Counted from the first letter of the stretch, positions 49,564 to 60,425 are shown. The stretch is DNA of 64,000 nucleotides from an uncultured candidate division Zixibacteria bacterium (GCA_963817915.1 CAWFQL010000017.1:51239-115238), one strand, 5' to 3'. The notes: generated by a model not told the origin, from the sequence alone. Made by a program: numbers and translations.

Positions 49564-50286
49564 ATGAATTCTAATTTTATTTGTATTACAGCCGAATATC
49601 CCGACCCCGAACGAATATCGGCCGGCTTGCTTGGCTGTGTAGGCAAAAAGCACGCCGCCTTTCTGCAAAGGGCATTTATGATGGATCTGATTTCGGTGAG
49701 CCTGAAAGTGCCCCGGTCAGAAATCGTTTTGGGATTCCGGCCGGATAATTCGCTGGACGGATTCAGGGATTTGATATTTTTATATCAAAATGAAGAAAGG
49801 GATAGGAAAATTGCGCGAAAGGCAGAAAGCATTGCCTTAATTCCACAGAAAGGCGAAAATACAGGCCAGAGGCTCGCAAGTTTATCCGAGGAGATATTTA
49901 AAATGGGGGCTAAGAGGCTATTGTTTCTCAAGCCTGACACTCCGTTGATAGACCCTATCGTGCTTCGCGCGTCATTTGAGCTTTTAAGAGGCAATCAAGT
50001 TGTCGCCGGACCGACATTTAACGGTGGCTATTATCTATTGGGAGTCGACAATCATTACCCGTCGCTATATGACGGCATAGATATACAGCGCGGAAATCTT
50101 TACAAGCATTTAATAGACCGTTTGAACGGTTACTCCATGAATTGGCAGGAATTAGAATTATCATACGATGTTGAAGGACCGGATGAGCTGGACCAGCTTT
50201 GCAGTGATATTGATAACCTGCGCCTGGCAGGAGAGGAGAATTTGTGCATTCACACAGAAAAATTTCTAATGAATCTAAAAAAATAG
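49564..50286 (+). CDS. DUF2064-family (TIGR04282-like) nucleotidyltransferase-fold protein
   Basis: AEYPDPERISAGL...AAFLQRAFMMDL, LKPDTPLIDP and GGYYLLGV motifs. Start at ATG 49564 or the listed 49543. Confidence 0.55.
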   Translation: MNSNFICITAEYPDPERISAGLLGCVGKKHAAFLQRAFMMDLISVSLKVPRSEIVLGFRPDNSLDGFRDLIFLYQNEERDRKIARKAESIALIPQKGENTGQRLASLSEEIFKMGAKRLLFLKPDTPLIDPIVLRASFELLRGNQVVAGPTFNGGYYLLGVDNHYPSLYDGIDIQRGNLYKHLIDRLNGYSMNWQELELSYDVEGPDELDQLCSDIDNLRLAGEENLCIHTEKFLMNLKK

Positions 50287-51404
50287 ATCAAGAGCCATTA
50301 ATCACTCCTATTTATCAGAGTTCGACATTCATTTTCCCGGATACCGCATCGCTTATAGCCTATCAAAAAGGTGAGGCAAAGGCGTATCTCTATACAAGAT
50401 ACGGCAATCCGACAATCGAATCCGCCGCGAAACGTATGGCCGAACTGGATAAATCAGAATCAAGCCTCGTGCTGGCATCGGGCATGGCAGCGATTTCAAC
50501 TGCCTGTCTGACTTTGCTGAGCCCCGGCGATGAGCTGATATCATCATTCCCGATTTATGGCGGAACGGCGAATTTATTCAATAATATATTCAAACGACTG
50601 AAAATTAAGGTCAATTATTTTCCATCGGATGATCTGGAAGCGATGGCTAAATTAGTAAATTCCAAAACGAAGGTAATCTATCTGGAATCGCCGACTAATC
50701 CGAATCTGAAAATTATCGATCTCAAAGCGGCCGCATCATTTGGCCAAAAGAAAAAAATAATGACTTTAATCGATTCCACATTCGCAACTCCGATTAACCA
50801 GAGACCGATCGAATTTGGAATCGATGTAGTGATTCATTCGGCAACCAAATATCTCGGGGGGCATTCGGATATTATCGGCGGGGTTATTTCAGGCTCATCG
50901 GAATTCATTCGTCGATCTATGGAAACGATGAAGCTTTTCGGTGGATGCGCCGATCCCCATCAGGCGTTCCTGCTTGAGCGGGGCTTGAAGACTCTTTGGG
51001 CCAGGATGCGAATTCATAATGAGAACGCGATAAGGATCGCGGAATTTTTGGATTCCGAACCCGGAATTGAAAGAGTGATTTATCCGAGCCTGGAATCCCA
51101 TCCGCAGCATAGGCTAGCGTTGGATCAGATGTCGGGATTTGGCGGTATCGTCAGTGTCGATTTAGGGACAGAAGCAAGGGCTATCAAATTTGCGGATTCG
51201 CTTAGAGTTTTCAAAAACGCGGTCAGCCTGGGCGGAGTGGAATCGCTTATTTCTATTCCTATCTGGACATCCCATATGGGTTTAGACAGAAATGAGCTGG
51301 CGAAATCGGGGGTTACACCCGGCCTGGTCCGGCTTTCTGTCGGTATCGAGGATTCTGATTTGCTGATAGAAGACATCAAGAATTCATTAGAAAAATTGAA
51401 TTGA
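50244..51404 (+). CDS. PLP-dependent Cys/Met-metabolism enzyme (cystathionine gamma-synthase / gamma-lyase family)
   Basis: ITPIYQSSTF, YTRYGNPT and HSATKYLGGHSD (PLP lysine). GTG start overlaps the upstream gene by 43 nt. Confidence 0.85.
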   Translation: MHSHRKISNESKKIDQEPLITPIYQSSTFIFPDTASLIAYQKGEAKAYLYTRYGNPTIESAAKRMAELDKSESSLVLASGMAAISTACLTLLSPGDELISSFPIYGGTANLFNNIFKRLKIKVNYFPSDDLEAMAKLVNSKTKVIYLESPTNPNLKIIDLKAAASFGQKKKIMTLIDSTFATPINQRPIEFGIDVVIHSATKYLGGHSDIIGGVISGSSEFIRRSMETMKLFGGCADPHQAFLLERGLKTLWARMRIHNENAIRIAEFLDSEPGIERVIYPSLESHPQHRLALDQMSGFGGIVSVDLGTEARAIKFADSLRVFKNAVSLGGVESLISIPIWTSHMGLDRNELAKSGVTPGLVRLSVGIEDSDLLIEDIKNSLEKLN

Positions 51405-51576
51405 TTCGCTAGAATCTGTTCCAATTTCCCCAATTATTAAAAAAGCATAAATCTATGCCGATTAATATATTGACAGCCATTCAATATATTGGATGGCATT
51501 TCGAAATATTTTATTTCTGGTAATGGAATCATATTTCCTATTATGGCTATTTTGACTGTAGAGGATCATCGAGCAA

Positions 51577-53259
51577 ATGAATGATCAATGGATGGCGACT
51601 ACCACGGTAGAAAACCGCGCGGTTGCCAATTATAAGCTTGTCGAATTAATAGGCGCCGGAGGAATGGCTAATATTTATAAAGCCATTCAGCTTTCCCTGG
51701 ATCGCCCAGTAGCCTTGAAAATCATGCACGAACATCTGATTATAAACGAAGGATTCATAGCTCGATTCGAAAAAGAAGCCAAGCAGGCGGCGCATCTGCA
51801 CCATGAAAATATAGTTTCGATTATCGATTACGGCCATTGCGATTCCAAGTATTTCATCGCCATGGAATATATCGACGGGAAAAATCTCAAGCAGATTTTG
51901 GAGATTCAGAAACGTCTGCCATTGGAAATTTGCCTTCTAATCTGCCAGCAGGTAGCTGAAGGGCTCAAATATGCTCATAGCCATAATTTAGTTCATAGGG
52001 ATATCAAGCCCGCCAACATAATACTATCCTATGATGGTAGAGTATTGATAACCGATTTTGGTATTGCCAAAGGCAATGATGATTTATCGATCACGGCGAC
52101 CGGCCAGATGGTCGGCTCTCCGGCCTATATGTCACCCGAGCAGGCGGCCGGACGGCATACCGACCATCGTTCCGATCTATTCAGCCTGGGGATTATATTC
52201 TATGAGATAATCGCGGGCGGCAAGCCGTTCAACGGCGATTCTTATCAGCAGATGATAACCTCGATAATGTCCCAAACGCCACAGCTTCTGAATGAAATCA
52301 GAGTCGATGTCTCTCCCGAAATTGCGCAGATTGCTCAAAAGGCATTGATAAAGGATGTCGATACACGTTATCAGACAGCCGAGGAGTTTTCGGATGTGCT
52401 TCAAGCCCAGCTTGCCAATTTCAAGATTCCACCAGTTAAGAGCCTTATAGCGAATTTCCTGAAAAATCCCATCAAGATGACCGAGAAATTAAGAGAAGAT
52501 AAAATCTCGAATCACCTCGAATCAGCATTGTATTTTGTCAATCTTGGCGAGGGTAAATTGGCGGAGGCTCGGAGGGAATTCCAGGAAGTGCTTAGATTCG
52601 ATAAAAACAATAAGGCCGCGAAAGAGTTTTTGAGTAAAATACAAGGGCATCTCGAACAGACCGGCGCGCCCAGCAATCCGAAACCGAAAGCCAGATTTCC
52701 CTGGATATGGAATTTTTCGGCGATATTCTCTATATTGATTTTGGCCGCGCTAATGACGGTTTATATCCCTCGTTGGAAGAAATCATCGGCTTCCATGAAT
52801 AAAACAAATGCAGGTACCGGTCAATTATCGGCTGATGATACTTCTCAGAATTCACAGACAATTTTGCCTAAGATTATCGAACGGCAGGGTAATACTGAAA
52901 ACACGGGGGATAATTCTCGACCGCCAGTCAATACCAGGAATAAATCCAACGGGTCATCGGCGAATAATGAAAAATCGAATGTTCAGAAATCGGTTAATAG
53001 GCAATCAACTGCTTCGTATAATTATCCCAACCAGAATTTAATAGATTATGGAACGCTAACAGTGAAAACCAATGTGCCCGCCGATATTGAAATAGACCAG
53101 ACTTATTATGGCAAGAGCAACGGCCCGGTGATCAAAATCGCTCCCGGCCGGCATGTTCTGTCGGTTCAGGCCGATGGTTATTCGGCCCAGAAAAAAAGAA
53201 TTTTCTCCGAGAAAGATAAGGCCGTTAATTTCGAATTGGATTTAATCCCAGGCAAATAA
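51577..53259 (+). CDS. Ser/Thr protein kinase with TM segment and C-terminal PEGA-like domain
   Basis: GAGGMANIYKA...ALK, HRDIKPANIIL, DFGIAK and SPAYMSPEQ. TM FSAIFSILILAALMTVYI. C-terminal TLTVKTNVPADIEIDQ...PGRHVLSVQADGY. Confidence 0.9.
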   Translation: MNDQWMATTTVENRAVANYKLVELIGAGGMANIYKAIQLSLDRPVALKIMHEHLIINEGFIARFEKEAKQAAHLHHENIVSIIDYGHCDSKYFIAMEYIDGKNLKQILEIQKRLPLEICLLICQQVAEGLKYAHSHNLVHRDIKPANIILSYDGRVLITDFGIAKGNDDLSITATGQMVGSPAYMSPEQAAGRHTDHRSDLFSLGIIFYEIIAGGKPFNGDSYQQMITSIMSQTPQLLNEIRVDVSPEIAQIAQKALIKDVDTRYQTAEEFSDVLQAQLANFKIPPVKSLIANFLKNPIKMTEKLREDKISNHLESALYFVNLGEGKLAEARREFQEVLRFDKNNKAAKEFLSKIQGHLEQTGAPSNPKPKARFPWIWNFSAIFSILILAALMTVYIPRWKKSSASMNKTNAGTGQLSADDTSQNSQTILPKIIERQGNTENTGDNSRPPVNTRNKSNGSSANNEKSNVQKSVNRQSTASYNYPNQNLIDYGTLTVKTNVPADIEIDQTYYGKSNGPVIKIAPGRHVLSVQADGYSAQKKRIFSEKDKAVNFELDLIPGK

Positions 53260-53386
53260 TCATATCTATCCCAATTGCGGGAATCCTCACGATATCTTAT
53301 AATCAATCTATGAAATACTCGATGCCAAGCTCACGGCAGGCAATCTCCAATTCAAGATCGATTTTCCTCATACGGAAAGCATTTAT

Positions 53387-54283
53387 TTGAAAAACAGCGC
53401 TAATACTAATTTACATAATTATCTTCCGGATATCTCATTATTCATTGCGACACTTGTCTGGGGATCGACATTTACTGTATTAAAAGTGGTATTGGGTAAT
53501 GATATATCACCGGTATTATTCGTCTTTATTCGTTTCTCGCTGGCGGCGATTCTATTGTATCCAATATGCAGGAAAAGGCTGAGGGGATTGGGAAAAGACG
53601 GAATATCGGGCGGTATACTTCTCGGTATTCTAATTTACGCGGGCTTTTTGACTCAAAGCCTCGGAATCGGAACCACAACGGCCTCCAAAGCGGCGTTTAT
53701 TACCGGATTGTCTGCCATTTTCGTGCCGCTGTTTTTATTTTTGCATAAGGGGAAATTTCCACAGCTATTAAGCGGAATAGCTATCGTAATCGCCACATTT
53801 GGAATGTATATGCTGACGGGGCCATCGGGCGGCGGGTTTACATTCGGGGATTTTCTCGTACTTCTCTGTGCGGTATCATTTGGGGCGCAAATCTATTTCA
53901 TGGGAGTGATAACTGTCGGCCGGGACGCGCTGGCATTAACGTTTGTAGAGCTGGCTACGACCGTAGTACTGTCTGCGCTGTCGCTTCCGTTCGAAAATAT
54001 GAAATTGAATATTACCTGGGCATCGTTGGGCGCGATAGCTTTCATGTCAATTCTGCCGACATTCGGCGGACTGCTAGTACAGGCCTGGGCTCAGAAGAAG
54101 ACTAATGCTGTCAGGGTGGGTTTGATTTTCACGGCGGAGCCTGTCTTCGCCTATGTATTTGCTTTCTTTTTATTGGGCGAGAACTTTAACACAATCCAAT
54201 TGATTGGCGCGGCGATAATTATCCTGGCGGTGCTGACATCGGAAGTGCTGCCGATGATGATGGGCAATAATAAAGAAGTTTAG
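53387..54283 (+). CDS. EamA/DMT-family transporter
   Basis: 298 aa, 10 TM helices in two EamA repeats. TTG start. Confidence 0.8.
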   Translation: MKNSANTNLHNYLPDISLFIATLVWGSTFTVLKVVLGNDISPVLFVFIRFSLAAILLYPICRKRLRGLGKDGISGGILLGILIYAGFLTQSLGIGTTTASKAAFITGLSAIFVPLFLFLHKGKFPQLLSGIAIVIATFGMYMLTGPSGGGFTFGDFLVLLCAVSFGAQIYFMGVITVGRDALALTFVELATTVVLSALSLPFENMKLNITWASLGAIAFMSILPTFGGLLVQAWAQKKTNAVRVGLIFTAEPVFAYVFAFFLLGENFNTIQLIGAAIIILAVLTSEVLPMMMGNNKEV

Positions 54284-54345
54284 CATTTTCGAAAATTAAA
54301 AATCGCTTCACTTTTTTATAATCCGGAATTATTCTCTATCTGTTT

Positions 54346-55284
54346 ATGGTATCTAATAAATTGGGCATTCTAATAGACAACTCGTTTTTCCTGCATGATA
54401 CCGGGGCATGGCATCCGGAATCGCCGGAGAGATTACGCGCTATAGAGGAAGCCATAGATAGCATCAAGATTCCTTATACTAAAATTAAAGCCCGGCTGGC
54501 AACTCGCGATGAGCTACTATTGATTCATAAGCCCCAATATGTGGATTATATTTTAAACAGCCAAACCGCCAATTCGATCCAACTCGATCCCGATACATTG
54601 CTATCGCTTCATTCGAAGGAGGCGGCGTTAATGGCTGTGGGAGGGACAATCGAGGCGGTGAATATGGTGATCGATGGCACAATAGATCGCGCGTTCTGCG
54701 CGGTGAGGCCGCCGGGACATCACGCGAGATCGGGGGCCGCAATGGGTTTTTGTATTTTCAATAATGTCGCAATCGCCGCGGCATACGCTCTTGCGAAGAA
54801 AAGCATCGAACGAGCGGCAATAATCGATTGGGACGTGCATCACGGCAATGGCACCGCGGAATCGTTTTATCGGAATCCGAATGTGCTTTATATATCAATG
54901 CATCAGTATCCCTATTATCCGGGAACCGGTTCAGAAGTCGAGCAGGGAGAAGGTGAAGGATTGGGGTTTACGCTAAATATCCCTATGCCAGCAGGTTCGA
55001 ATGATGACGATTACAGGAAAGCATTTAAAACCAAAATTCTGCCGGAGCTTCAAAAATTCGCTCCTGATATTGTCTTCATTTCGGCAGGATTCGATGCCCA
55101 TGAAGATGATCCGCTCGGCGGGATAAAGCTTTCGACTGAGTTTTTCGGAGAGATGACAAGAATAGTTTGTGACATAGCTGATAAATATTCAAAATGCCGA
55201 CTTGTTTCCGTGCTTGAAGGGGGTTATAATCTAAATGCCCTGAGGGATTCGGTGAAGGTTCATTTGGAGGAATTGGCAAAATGA
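54346..55284 (+). CDS. histone-deacetylase-family amidohydrolase (acetoin-utilisation / acetylpolyamine deacetylase-like)
   Basis: RPPGHHA, DWDVHHGNGT and SAGFDAHEDDPLG motifs. Confidence 0.9.
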   Translation: MVSNKLGILIDNSFFLHDTGAWHPESPERLRAIEEAIDSIKIPYTKIKARLATRDELLLIHKPQYVDYILNSQTANSIQLDPDTLLSLHSKEAALMAVGGTIEAVNMVIDGTIDRAFCAVRPPGHHARSGAAMGFCIFNNVAIAAAYALAKKSIERAAIIDWDVHHGNGTAESFYRNPNVLYISMHQYPYYPGTGSEVEQGEGEGLGFTLNIPMPAGSNDDDYRKAFKTKILPELQKFAPDIVFISAGFDAHEDDPLGGIKLSTEFFGEMTRIVCDIADKYSKCRLVSVLEGGYNLNALRDSVKVHLEELAK

Positions 55285-56048
55285 CGAAATTCGTGAGAAT
55301 AAAGATCGATGACGATATCAAATGGGGAATGGTCGAAGGCGATTCGGTAGCGCTGCTAAACACACCGCCGTGGGAAGGAAGCTTCGAATCAGGGGATAGA
55401 GTGCCTCTCGATTTAATGAAATTGGCCGCTCCGGTAGCTCCCACAAAAATAGTATTGATCGGATTAAATTATCACGCGCATATCAAGGAATCGCAATCGG
55501 CCTCGGCAGTGCCGGAAGAGCCGGTGATTTTTATGAAGCCATTGACCGCTCTTATCGGACCCAATGATAATATTGTATATCCCAAGGGTGTTGACAGGGT
55601 TGATTACGAGGGAGAGCTGGCTGTTATTATTGGAAAGAAATTATCGAAGGTTGATGAGCATATAGCCGCAGAGGGGATTTTCGGGTACACGTGCCTTAAT
55701 GACGTAACCGCGCGCAATCTCCAGAAGAAAGATGTCCAATGGACCCGCGCCAAGGGATTCGATAGTTTTTGCCCGATAGGTCCATTTCTTGTAACCGGAA
55801 TCGACCCATTGAATCTGAAAATCGAGACAGTCTTGAACAATGACAAAAAGCAATCATCGAATACATCATTTCAGATCTGGAATGTTTTCAAGCTGGTGAG
55901 TTTTATTTCGAAGGTGATGACATTATTGCCGGGGGATGTTATTTCGACGGGCACTCCAGAAGGCATAGGGCCGGTCAAACCGGGCGACAGGATGAAGATT
56001 ACAATCGAGAATATCGGGACTTTGGAGAACGGAGTAATCGCCGGATGA
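55281..56048 (+). CDS. fumarylacetoacetate hydrolase (FAH) family protein
   Basis: GLNYHAH, YEGELAVIIGK, TCLNDVTARNLQ and PGDVISTGTPEGIGP. Confidence 0.9.
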   Translation: MTKFVRIKIDDDIKWGMVEGDSVALLNTPPWEGSFESGDRVPLDLMKLAAPVAPTKIVLIGLNYHAHIKESQSASAVPEEPVIFMKPLTALIGPNDNIVYPKGVDRVDYEGELAVIIGKKLSKVDEHIAAEGIFGYTCLNDVTARNLQKKDVQWTRAKGFDSFCPIGPFLVTGIDPLNLKIETVLNNDKKQSSNTSFQIWNVFKLVSFISKVMTLLPGDVISTGTPEGIGPVKPGDRMKITIENIGTLENGVIAG

Positions 56049-57867
56049 TTAACGGAATTTTAGCGGCCATAATTTTATTTAGTACTCCGCCGGGATTATC
56101 TGCAGAAGTATCTTCGGATTATCATATAAAGGTTGTCCTCGATACTACAACTCATTCGTTGAGCGGTTTCGAGGGCATCAGTTTCGTAAATCCAACATCT
56201 ATGACTCTAGATAAAATCTGTTTTCATTTATATCCGAACGCGTTTAAAGATACTTCTTCGGTTTTCTGCCGTGAGAATTCCGGAGTCAGGAGCCGGGTGT
56301 TGGCGGGTGATACGGCGGCTTTGGATGTGAATGGAATGATTATAAATGGTGATCTGGTGGATTCAACTAGAATTACCCGGAGCGGCACTCTAATGTATAT
56401 CACTCTTGATAAACCTTTAATGCCGGATAGCGAATTGTCGGTATCGTTGAATTTCAATTTAAAAATTCCGCGGACGATTGAACGATTTGGCTATGATCAT
56501 CGGGGGAATTACCTTCTGACGCAATGGTTTCCGATTTTGGCGGGGTATCAGAATGATCGTCTTATCGATTGTGAATATCATGCTAATACGGAATTTTTCT
56601 CGAATTTTTCAAATTATAAAGTCATGATTACGACTCCGGCCAATTTTGAATTGGGAGCATCGGGCGAAATATCATTATTAGAAAAGGATAGCATTAATGC
56701 GAATGGTGGCAGGTCGAGGCGGATACGGTGATCGATTTTGCGTTCGCATGCGGCCCCAAATTCAAGAAATTCGAATCTGACACGCTGGGAATTAAATTCC
56801 GTTACCTGCTCACAGATGAGCGAGCCGATTACTTTAATAAAATCGATGATACTACCAAGAAAACTATAGCATATAATTCCGAGAGATTATTCAAATATCC
56901 GTATAAGACAATCACGTTAGTTGATTTTAATTCAGGGGCGGGCGGAATGGAGATGCCGGGAATGGTGCAGGTAACATTCCCCGATGGCAAACCGGGTGTT
57001 TCCGATTCGTCTGAATTCACTATGGGAATTGTCCACGAAGCCACACACGAATGGTTTTACGCGACTATTGCGACCAATCAATTCGATGATCCCTGGCTGG
57101 ATGAGGGGATTACTACCTATATGACGAGCAGAATATTAAATTATTATAATATTCCATTTAGATTTATCGGGCCGCTTGGGTATGAAATTTCGGGTCATAC
57201 AGGCGAACGGGCGATCGGGCTTTTCATGAAAGCCGATTTTCCTATTAATATGAAGAGCTGGGATTACCCGGATATGTTTTCCTACAATGCGATAATCTAC
57301 GAGAGAGCCTCGCTTGTTATGCAGACAATCGAAGGGGTCATGGGACGTGATGAATTCGATAAGGCTCTGAAAAATTACGCTAATCAATATCGGTTTCGCC
57401 ATCCCAATAGCAATGATTTGGAAAAAGTGTTATCGTCGCAGACCAATATCGATCTTTCGAAAATCTATTCTCAATTTATCGACGGTACGGCGAGGGTTGA
57501 TTATGAAATTCGATCTATGAGCTATACGCCGGCCGCAGTTGCTTTAGCAGATTCAAATTACAATTATGATGTCAAAGTCGAGGCGGGCCGTGTTCTTGAT
57601 GGCCAATTGCCGCAGCAGGTATCATTGGTTCTGGAAGACGGAACCAAAATCGACACAACCTGGGATGGTCAATCGAAAGTCAAAGTGTTTGAATTCAAGA
57701 CGAAATCAAGGCCGAAATATGCTGTAATTGATCCAGAGAATATATATTCAATCGACGAGAATAGAATCAATAATAGCCTTTCTATCAATGCTCGCGGAGC
57801 CAGACAAGCATCATTTGAGTGGGATATCATATTTGCGGTGGAGTTTTTGCTTTCATGGCTTTTATAA
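56045..57867 (+). pseudogene. secreted M1-family (gluzincin) metallopeptidase, one frame break
   Basis: ORF 56045..56731 has a signal peptide and the N-terminal beta domain. ORF 56728..57867, in the -1 frame, carries GMEMPGM, VHEATHEWFY and WLDEGITTY. The second frame is open from 56698 (CEWWQVEADTVIDFAF). One extra A at 56702-56703 would join them. Confidence 0.8.
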
Positions 57868-58697
57868 AGAAAATATTTAAGAATAATATAGTAATCTCGG
57901 CATTGTTATTCCAAGCGTTAGAGGTAGCCGGGGCGTTTCTGATAATGGCGCCGATACTGGTATATTTGCGGATTATTATGGAAAAATCGGTAATGTCATC
58001 GCAATTATGGCCTGTCATTTCGCCCGATCTTTTAAGCGATATTTTATTGAATTACGATCAAGCTCTGGGGATATATGCCTTAGCGGCCATAATCATATTA
58101 TTTGTGTATCTGCCGTTGAAGAATCTCATGGCCGGGGGAATTTACAATATCATTCTATTTGGGAGTGATTGGAATTCCGATTTGCAATCGAGGACATTTC
58201 TTGAGCGGGCATCTGATGCCTGGGTCGGGTTTCTCAAAGTAGTATTATTCGCTGCGCCTGTTTATATAGTCGTGTTATTTTTGGGATTTATTTTTGGCAA
58301 TATATTAAGCCACATCAGCCTAATCGTAGCGTTCGTATTGTTTTTTATATTTTTCATAATGGGATCATCGTTATTGCAGATATTAAGAATCAAAATGGTA
58401 ATGGAAAATCAATATCGTTTGCGTGCGACGCTGCTGGCGATTAAGATTCCATTGAAAAACTCCTTCTGGCGACTGGTTATCGGCAATATTTCGGTCAGCG
58501 CAGTAGCCCTTATTATCGTTTTTATTTTATGGACAATATTGAAGGCGGTTCGGGGTGATGAATGGAATTATTGGGCAGCATTATTATCATTTATTGTTCA
58601 GCAATTAATGGTTTTTATCATCTGCCTGGCGCAGACATTAAGGCTAAATTTCAATTATTCAGTTATTAGAAGAGGTAATGAAGATGTATTGGGATGA
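57855..58697 (+). CDS. polytopic membrane protein, unknown function
   Basis: About 7 hydrophobic helices. ATG 57855 overlaps the peptidase stop by 13 nt. No motif recognised. Confidence 0.5.
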   Translation: MAFIKKIFKNNIVISALLFQALEVAGAFLIMAPILVYLRIIMEKSVMSSQLWPVISPDLLSDILLNYDQALGIYALAAIIILFVYLPLKNLMAGGIYNIILFGSDWNSDLQSRTFLERASDAWVGFLKVVLFAAPVYIVVLFLGFIFGNILSHISLIVAFVLFFIFFIMGSSLLQILRIKMVMENQYRLRATLLAIKIPLKNSFWRLVIGNISVSAVALIIVFILWTILKAVRGDEWNYWAALLSFIVQQLMVFIICLAQTLRLNFNYSVIRRGNEDVLG

Positions 58698-59406
58698 ACT
58701 GAACTGGGCAGAATTCGAGAGATTGATCCCCGATAAATATGACACTGCGATTTTGCCCATTGGTACTATCGAGGCTCATGGCGTGGCACCGTTGGGAACA
58801 GACAATATGATTCCAGCCAAGATGGCCAATTTAATAGCCGACGATCTAAAGGCGATCGTTGCCCCTACAATTCCATATGGAATCACGCGGACATTATTGG
58901 CATATTCGGGATCGTTGACAGTCACCCCGGAGACATTCGAGAAATATGTCACCGAAACTATGCTTTCGATAGCCGATTGTAAATTCAAAAAACTAATTGT
59001 GCTCAATGGCCATGGTGGCCATCTCGAACAACTTGGCCGAGCGGCGAGGGAAGTCTGGACTGCCAAAAAGATTAAGGTAGCGGTTGTTCATTGGTGGATG
59101 TGCTGCGACGATATTGTCGAGAAAATATATGGCATCGGCGGAGGCCATGCGGCGACTGATGAAAATGCGGCGATACAGGCGTTCAGGCCAGAACTGATAA
59201 AAAAGGAGCTTTATTCCGACGATATGGTTTATTTGCAGCCGCCTGGATTTACTGTATATCCCAATCCGGCAACGATTCTGGCATATAAAGAAAAAGCTGG
59301 ATATATCAATTTCGATCAGAAAAAAGCAGAACAGTATTTTAAGGAAGCGGTCGAACGGGTCAAGATGCATATCCTCGAGATTTTTCGCAGGTGGGAACGG
59401 CTATAA
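58678..59406 (+). CDS. creatininase-family amidohydrolase
   Basis: AILPIGTIEAHGVAPLGTDN and VLNGHGGH metal-binding motifs. 20-nt overlap with the upstream gene. Confidence 0.85.
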   Translation: MKMYWDELNWAEFERLIPDKYDTAILPIGTIEAHGVAPLGTDNMIPAKMANLIADDLKAIVAPTIPYGITRTLLAYSGSLTVTPETFEKYVTETMLSIADCKFKKLIVLNGHGGHLEQLGRAAREVWTAKKIKVAVVHWWMCCDDIVEKIYGIGGGHAATDENAAIQAFRPELIKKELYSDDMVYLQPPGFTVYPNPATILAYKEKAGYINFDQKKAEQYFKEAVERVKMHILEIFRRWERL

Positions 59407-59582
59407 TCTGTGCGTGCAGATGACCGACAGCACTATTTTTGTGCGTCGATTTTGAGAATGGAACTTAAACTATTTTGCCCAAGTATAGGTCTAAGGATAT
59501 GTTAGAGCAAGCAGGCCGTAACGGCATAAGGTTTGCTTTAAGAGATCTTGTGTTCTTTGAAAACTTAATCGAGTCAAATCTA

Positions 59583-59611
59583 TTGACAGCATTTTGGACT
59601 TGTGATACAAT
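59583..59611 (+). promoter_or_regulatory. near-consensus sigma-70-type promoter abutting the ATG at 59618
   Basis: TTGACA (59583-59588), 17-nt spacer, TACAAT (59606-59611) preceded by TGa (extended -10-like). Only 6 nt lie between the -10 and the start codon, with no SD. Confidence 0.45.
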
Positions 59612-59617
59612 CGGCCT

Positions 59618-60412
59618 ATGATTCTACGTAATGCGATAATAGTTGTAGTGACATTGTTTTCGACGGCCATTGCTCAGTATGAGACGAGCCAGGATTCTAT
59701 TTATAGCCGGATGACTGTTCCGAAAACGGAATTGCGATGGATAATGGATACCCCGACCGCGGGCATGCTTCCGCGGGGAGCATTCGATATGGATATGAGA
59801 ACCTTCCCGACCGGCGGCTTGCAGGCATCGCTAATGATAGGATTGATGGATCGTTTTTCGGTGGGATTCGGTTATCAGGCCGCCAGAGCCTTGACCGACG
59901 CTGTCCCCGAATGGGGTCCCCGCCCAGAGTTTCTATTCAGATTCAGACTTCATGAAGAGACCGGAGGGTTGCCGGCAATAGCAGTCGGTTTTAGCTCTCT
60001 CGGCTACGGCGCCTGGGATAAGGATAGAAAACGGTACATGGTAAAATCGAAGGGCTTCTATCTATCATTCTCAAAGAATTTCAAATTGTACTCGAATCCG
60101 GCCGGATGGCACTGGGGAATAAATTACAGCTTCGAAAGCAAGACCGATAATGACCCATCGGGTTTTGTGGGATTCAATACCGATCTCGGCGACGAGATGA
60201 CATTCTTAGCGGAATACGATCTGGGGATTAACGACAACAAGCCTGATTCAATTTACGGTCTAGGCCGCGGATTTCTGAATCTCGGGATAGTCTGGTATAT
60301 CACAGATGAACTGTCATTAGAGCTCGATCTTAAAGATCTCCTCAAGAATCGAAGACACACCGAAGCGATTGATCGCGAGGCGAGATTGGTGCTTGTGGAA
60401 TATTTCTATTAG
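59618..60412 (+). CDS. small outer-membrane beta-barrel protein, unknown family
   Basis: Signal peptide MILRNAIIVVVTLFSTAIAQ. Alternating amphipathic strands. C-terminal ...LVLVEYFY aromatic terminus typical of OMPs. Confidence 0.55.
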   Translation: MILRNAIIVVVTLFSTAIAQYETSQDSIYSRMTVPKTELRWIMDTPTAGMLPRGAFDMDMRTFPTGGLQASLMIGLMDRFSVGFGYQAARALTDAVPEWGPRPEFLFRFRLHEETGGLPAIAVGFSSLGYGAWDKDRKRYMVKSKGFYLSFSKNFKLYSNPAGWHWGINYSFESKTDNDPSGFVGFNTDLGDEMTFLAEYDLGINDNKPDSIYGLGRGFLNLGIVWYITDELSLELDLKDLLKNRRHTEAIDREARLVLVEYFY

Positions 60413-60425
60413 ACAGGAGTGGTTT

